Origin: Bugula neritina
Taxonomy: Eukaryota > Animalia > Bryozoa
Assembly (NCBI GenBank): GCA_964035545.1
Contig: OZ037766.1
Span: forward strand, 30,866,773 to 30,930,772
Length of the DNA stretch: 64,000 bases
Reading direction: 5' to 3'
The position numbers and the translations under genes are program-made. This document shows, piece by piece, positions 58,699 through 64,000 of this stretch. The stretch's first letter is position 1, and the number at the start of each line of letters is the position of its first letter. The notes below the pieces were generated by a model that was not told the DNA's origin, made no database searches, and was given only the letters and a program-made list of their open reading frames with translations.

Positions 58699-61333
58699 TC
58701 TGGGCTAACATATGACCACCAATTCAAACATGGCTCTAGATATGGACTTGGAAAAACTGAACAACACACATTTTTTTACTACTATTTTTATATTGATTTG
58801 ATTTTTGTTGGCAAAGAATAAATGCGGCATTATAAAACTCAGTCAGCGAGCAAACTTTTATAGTTATTAAAACTACACAAATAAGATACATTGAACACCA
58901 GAAATATAAGAGAAAATAATATAATAATATACTGCTTCAAACCAAACAGCTGTTTGATGGCAGCCATTTTGACTTGCATGGAATACATTGTATTTATTTT
59001 ATAGGCATATTTCAAAATTTGCTATTATGTTGTTTGACACAAGTTACATACATGGTATAGCTTGCATATGATTGCAAGTCATAACTTAAGTTTAAGTCAA
59101 CATTGAGCATCTGACATTTATTGACTTAATTCACAGATAGATTGTTGTTGCTGTATATTTGCTTTAGTTTATTTAATTATAATTAAAAGAGAAATACTCT
59201 GGTCATGTTATGATTATACTATAATACAAATATTTTGCCAGAGAATAATAGTAATTTCTGGTTTAATCTTTTTATCATTATACATTTTAAAATATATTAA
59301 CCTTATTTGAAAGTCAACATTTGTCTATAACAGCTACACTGCTAATTATATTTGTTTGTTGTTTGTTTAATGGTATAAAAAGCTAGTATTTTTTGTGTGT
59401 TTCTTTGGCTCAATTACTTTATGTTGAAAGCGTATAAATCTAAAAATATACTGCATTACTCTGCTTGTATTATAAAATAAGACTTCAAATTAGCAGCCAT
59501 AAAATTTTGGTAAATATCAGTACATTTCTCTATTTAAGCTTGCATTAGGTTAAAGCATATACAATTAGGCTGCTTTTTAAGTTTTTTAAAAGTGATAATT
59601 TTCATTTTGTTTAATTTTGTTATTTAGTGCAGCTATCTTGCACCATTCTTTACAAATCTAAAAATGCAAAAAAGCAAGTAGTTTCATGTCTGATGGTATA
59701 AAATGGTTATAAATTTGTCTAGCACTATCCCATATATAATAAACTCATGCATGGTATTTAATTAGACAAAACTCGGTAATTCTTTTATTCATGAATCTTC
59801 GATAGTCCTATTAGTTGACATACTTTTATGAATAGATTATAAATGAGTTTTTATAGCTTAAGATTTATGCATGCAGATCTTTTATTAGCTTGCAGCTCTT
59901 TTATTGCAGTTTATTATGGTTGGTGATCAGAAAGTGCACTTTATAACCAAAGATATCCCTGCCATGAGCATATACAGTAAAGAACATATTAAAACATTAT
60001 AATTACATTGACCAATCAGATGCAATAAAATTATGCTGATTGTTGGAAGCTATTTGCATTCCTTGTATAAAACGCCTAAATTTAATCAAATAAAAATTGT
60101 TATAGGGTGGGTCAACCCTTATTGCTGTCACCATACCCAACTTTCCAGACAACTATAAAATAGCGCTAGACCATATATAAATATTCAAATGAGTTTATTA
60201 TATTGAGCGCTCAAATGGTCAAGGGTGGCATAAAAAGTAGTTGAAAGGAAACTTAGTTATAATAGGACGCTATACTTGTATAGCTTTTGCTACATAATAA
60301 GTAAAGCTATGTTAGTGCATACATTTAAATTTGTTTTATGATGGGATGGGCGTCGTATTATTCGCTGGATTTCACAGAAACATTTTATTAAACTAAGTTG
60401 ATGGTAAACCTCATTCTATTGAAACTGTTGTAGCGATTACTTATATTGATAAATGGCGAAGATTGTCAAGCGTAAACTATAGAAAACAAGTTTGAATATC
60501 GCTAGTCTAAGTAGTTATCTAATAAAAGGCCCGTCTATTTAAACTTTAAAAGCTGACAAAATAATCTAATCATGTCCTCATTGCTTTAGTACTGATTTAA
60601 TATAAAAAGCTAAAACATTCCTAAGTTACTATATAATTACTAATTGCTTTTGTCTAAAACAATCTATAATATACACACTAAATTGGTTGATCCTGTACGC
60701 CTGTTTCCTGTTGTCTAGTTTATTATATGGAATACAATTATACAATGACATTTCGTGAAAAAAAGATATGCAACTGTTAAAACTTTTCTCTTCTCACTGA
60801 AAACTTGGTGTCTGATATAGGCTATTATATACCTGTATTTCTCTTTAGTTACATAGATATATCCAACATTAAACGACTCACGTATACACTTTTAATCTCA
60901 TTTATAGCAAAGCTCTCTATATAACCACTTTACTTTAAATATATATAGCCACTTAGTAATAATGTGCTATAAATACTTAATGTTACATTTTTTTGTAACA
61001 TTTTAAGCTAAATTAATGTTTTTAAATGGAGTCAGCTAGAAAAATTGAATCGCGTTTAAAGTTTTTTTAGCATGTTTTAAATTGAGATATTAAAAGACTT
61101 TTATCCTTTTGTGTTATATACAAGCATTTATAATTTTATAATTGGGTTTTTATTATAATAAACAAATATCTATACATACATTTTATTTCAGATCTTGACA
61201 TTTATAATAAATCGAATAAAAAGCATTAAAATGTTTGTTCAATGGAACCCACTAGGTTGCTTTAACAAATAAAGTCCCTCAATAGATACATGCACGTTCA
61301 TAGAAGCTATACACAACAGTTTTAAATAAAAAT

Positions 61334-63977
61334 TCATCTTTTAGCTTTGAAATGACTGGGATTAACCGGTAACGGTCTTCTGTCAGAGATTCTGCTAGTA
61401 GACATTAGGAATTGAGTTTGGTTAAAAGGTGGAGTATTTACACTCTGTTGAAAGCCACTGTAATCGATGTTGCTGTAGACATCACTTGTATCCCCATCCA
61501 AATACGCTGAGTCATAGTTATCATAAGTGTCGCAATACTCCCCTTCTTTAATCGAATCATACGTTTCGTATTTCACCTTGTCGTATACATTCTTTGACTC
61601 ATTGGTCTTTGCGAGTACGGGCCTTTGCATTGCCATGTGGTTACTCATGCTACCTATTCCACCACTCATGCTTATCGGATTTGAAAGGCGTACCTTACTA
61701 TCAACCAAAGGTCTATCCTGGTTTTCTATGGTGTTATGCCTTACGGTGTTTCCACGGCTCCTTCTTTTTGTTGTCCTGCAACAGGCTCGGCTCACCACTA
61801 CTACCTATAATTTACAGCCAAAGATTTCAAGTTGGGTAGTAAAACAAGTTGTAAAGTTGTTAACAAATATTGTTTACTATTGTTTAGCAATTCAATAAGT
61901 TTCGACTTCTAGGAAAAGTAAAGTAAAACCACGTCGTTTGCTTCATTGCCAAATCTGGTATGTTAAAAAGCAATAACTGGGCGTAGTTGTCAAACAACTA
62001 TGATGGTTTGAGTTTCAAAAAACAAACTATAAACACAAGTGGTCTCTGTATTGCTAAAATATGATTTACAGTAAAGTAAACAGTTTTCTTATTATTTCAG
62101 TATATTTCAGCCAAACATATAGACTAATATAAATATATTAATTATAAATATTACATATATACATCTAAATCTCAACTACCTAATTTGCATAGGTAGTGTG
62201 TATAAATAGAAAAAGTAATGTATTGGTAGAAAAGTTTTAAACCAATTAATTTGTAACCAATTACTTGTGTTAAATATATATCAAGAACATTTTTAAACTT
62301 TTAAATACCAAATATATATGTAAGTACTTTAATTCACTTACTTGGCAATGTATTTGTGACTTACCGCTGTGGCTGCAAATAGAAAGGTAACTCCCGAGAG
62401 TATTAAAATTATTGTGCTGGACGATAGAGATGCCAGCCCTGAAGCAGCTGAAATTAAATAATTACTTATAAATTTTTGAATTAAATTTAAAAAAGCAAGA
62501 CTAATAAGCTCAAGCAAGTTTATAGTTACCATATCTGTGAGAGAACCGGTAATAGAAAGAGTTTTTGTTAAATCGGGCTAAGGACTTATCAAGATGAGGC
62601 ACAGGAGCAATTATGATTGGATGTTTTTTCTAACATCACCAATGGCCTTTGTCAGGGCTCAAACCCATGACTCCGTACACTTACTAGGCAAAATTTCTAA
62701 CCTCAAGACTACGGCTGCTCCCTTAACAAGCGAGACTAGTAGAATTATTATAAAAATACTCAAATACGATTTTTTTGCTGTAAAGTGAGCAAAAATATGT
62801 TTTTTTTTTATAGGTATATTTTTCGATACTTATTTAATAAATTTACTATTTAATAGCTACCAACTCTTGCACACAGCACAGCACTAACATATTTTCTTTA
62901 CAAATAGCTATATTAGGAATTAAAATAAATAGAGTATAATTGAACACCATGCAACTACTTCCTTGCATACATATAAGCAACATGTACTGCAGTTTTAAAT
63001 ATTGACACTGTTATGTAGTATTAGAGAAGTATGCTTACAATTTTATCATCAACATAGCATATACAGGTATTCTTACCAAGTTCAGGAAAATTGGATACTT
63101 GTACTTTTTGGTTGTACCGAGAGTGATTTGATTGGCCAGCTATTTGAACTTGAAATTCAGCGCCAAAAATGTTTTCTGGCAAGTTATCGAAACTCTCCAA
63201 AGAAACTACTAATCTGTATCGAATTTTGACACCTAGTTTTGTGCCGCTATTTTTTTGAGTTTCCACCACTTTTCTAGAACATGCAGTAAAATACAGCATT
63301 TATAAGTTTTATATAGGTATAGAATGCTGTGTTTTTATATGAAATATTTTTGTAGGAAACAATTAAAAGTTGATCAATGTTTAATTTTTAGGTATAGTTG
63401 TACTTAAGCATATCAATTTGTTTTTACATGATAACTTATGATTTTATGTTTGATGCAATTTACCTGCCATCTAGTTGAGTTACTGATCTTCTGACAACAG
63501 AATTATCTGGTAGGAGAGTTAAAGTAATATGGTGAGGAGGTTCAATCTGACGAGTCTCTTCCCACGCCTCAAACACAACTTCTAATTCATTGTTGCTTTT
63601 ATTGTATATGCCTAGGCTTTGTGGAACAATTACAAGCTTTTTACCTACAAGTTTAAAACAAAGAACCAGCCATTATGGCCAAAAAACAAACACATCTCAT
63701 TTAATAAATTTCACAGATCGATCTAAATATACATCTTTTTTGTACAATAAAACTAATATAGTGTATAAATTTAATTCAAACCGCACTTTATTTATTTGAT
63801 GTAACAAATTTTGTGCTTTAAAAGCTGTATGTTGTAATTTACCAGTCAAGAAGAAGTATAAAGGTGGTTCCTTTCTGGGCTGAGATGGTGTCGTAAAGAT
63901 TATTGCGAAATCTAATCGGACGTAGGAGTGAGTGTCTTTATTGTAATTTGGATCTCGAAGATTGAAACTCTTCTCTT
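61334..63977 (-). CDS. 3' part of a membrane receptor-like gene (beta-rich, possibly FN3-like ectodomain, TM, Tyr-rich cytoplasmic tail); 5' end outside the window
   Basis: Phase-compatible GT-AG exons 63977-63843, 63644-63464, 63273-63077, (optional 62777-62685), 62447-62365, 61804-61334. TM TIILILSGVTFLFAATAVVVV followed by SRACCRTTKRR; tail with YDKV, YDSI, YDNY, YSNI and RPLPVNP. Confidence 0.75.
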
Positions 63978-64000
63978 CTGTTATCAAAAAGTGAGAAAAT

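Noticed and set aside
62530-62534. Possible 5-nt microexon (CACAG|ATATG|GTAACT, minus strand)
   Set aside because: It would break the phase-1 compatibility of the flanking exons; no support without transcripts.

Overview
Strongly AT-rich, microsatellite-laden eukaryotic DNA, most likely from an invertebrate animal (species not identifiable from the sequence). The ORF track misses the main content because the genes are spliced. The window holds a tandem cluster of 15 paralogous loci (14 with open spliced reading frames, 1 pseudogene) for small secreted, cationic, Tyr-rich cysteine peptides. The shared architecture is TATA box, short non-coding exon 1, exon 2 with a nearly invariant signal peptide (MKVLFLVxxIAVCLMTFAPATEA), a phase-0 intron, and exon 3 with a CC-X7-C-X8-C-X5/6-C-X3-C core. 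I do not recognise the family. Subfamily A (0.7-28 kb, mixed orientation, mostly ending YPFKGYY) and subfamily B (43-59 kb, all + strand, ending CYH/CYIYH) are separated by a transposon-rich block. That block contains a solo LTR, a palindromic Tc1 derivative and a very young pol-less Gypsy-type LTR element carrying gag plus an extra zinc-knuckle/coiled-coil ORF. Two copies of a short (TA)n-associated element carry a type I hammerhead ribozyme, and the intact-looking copy lies in sense orientation in intron 1 of the last peptide gene. The window ends in the 3' part of a minus-strand transmembrane receptor-like gene with a Tyr-rich tail. All gene models, charge counts and alignments were derived by eye.
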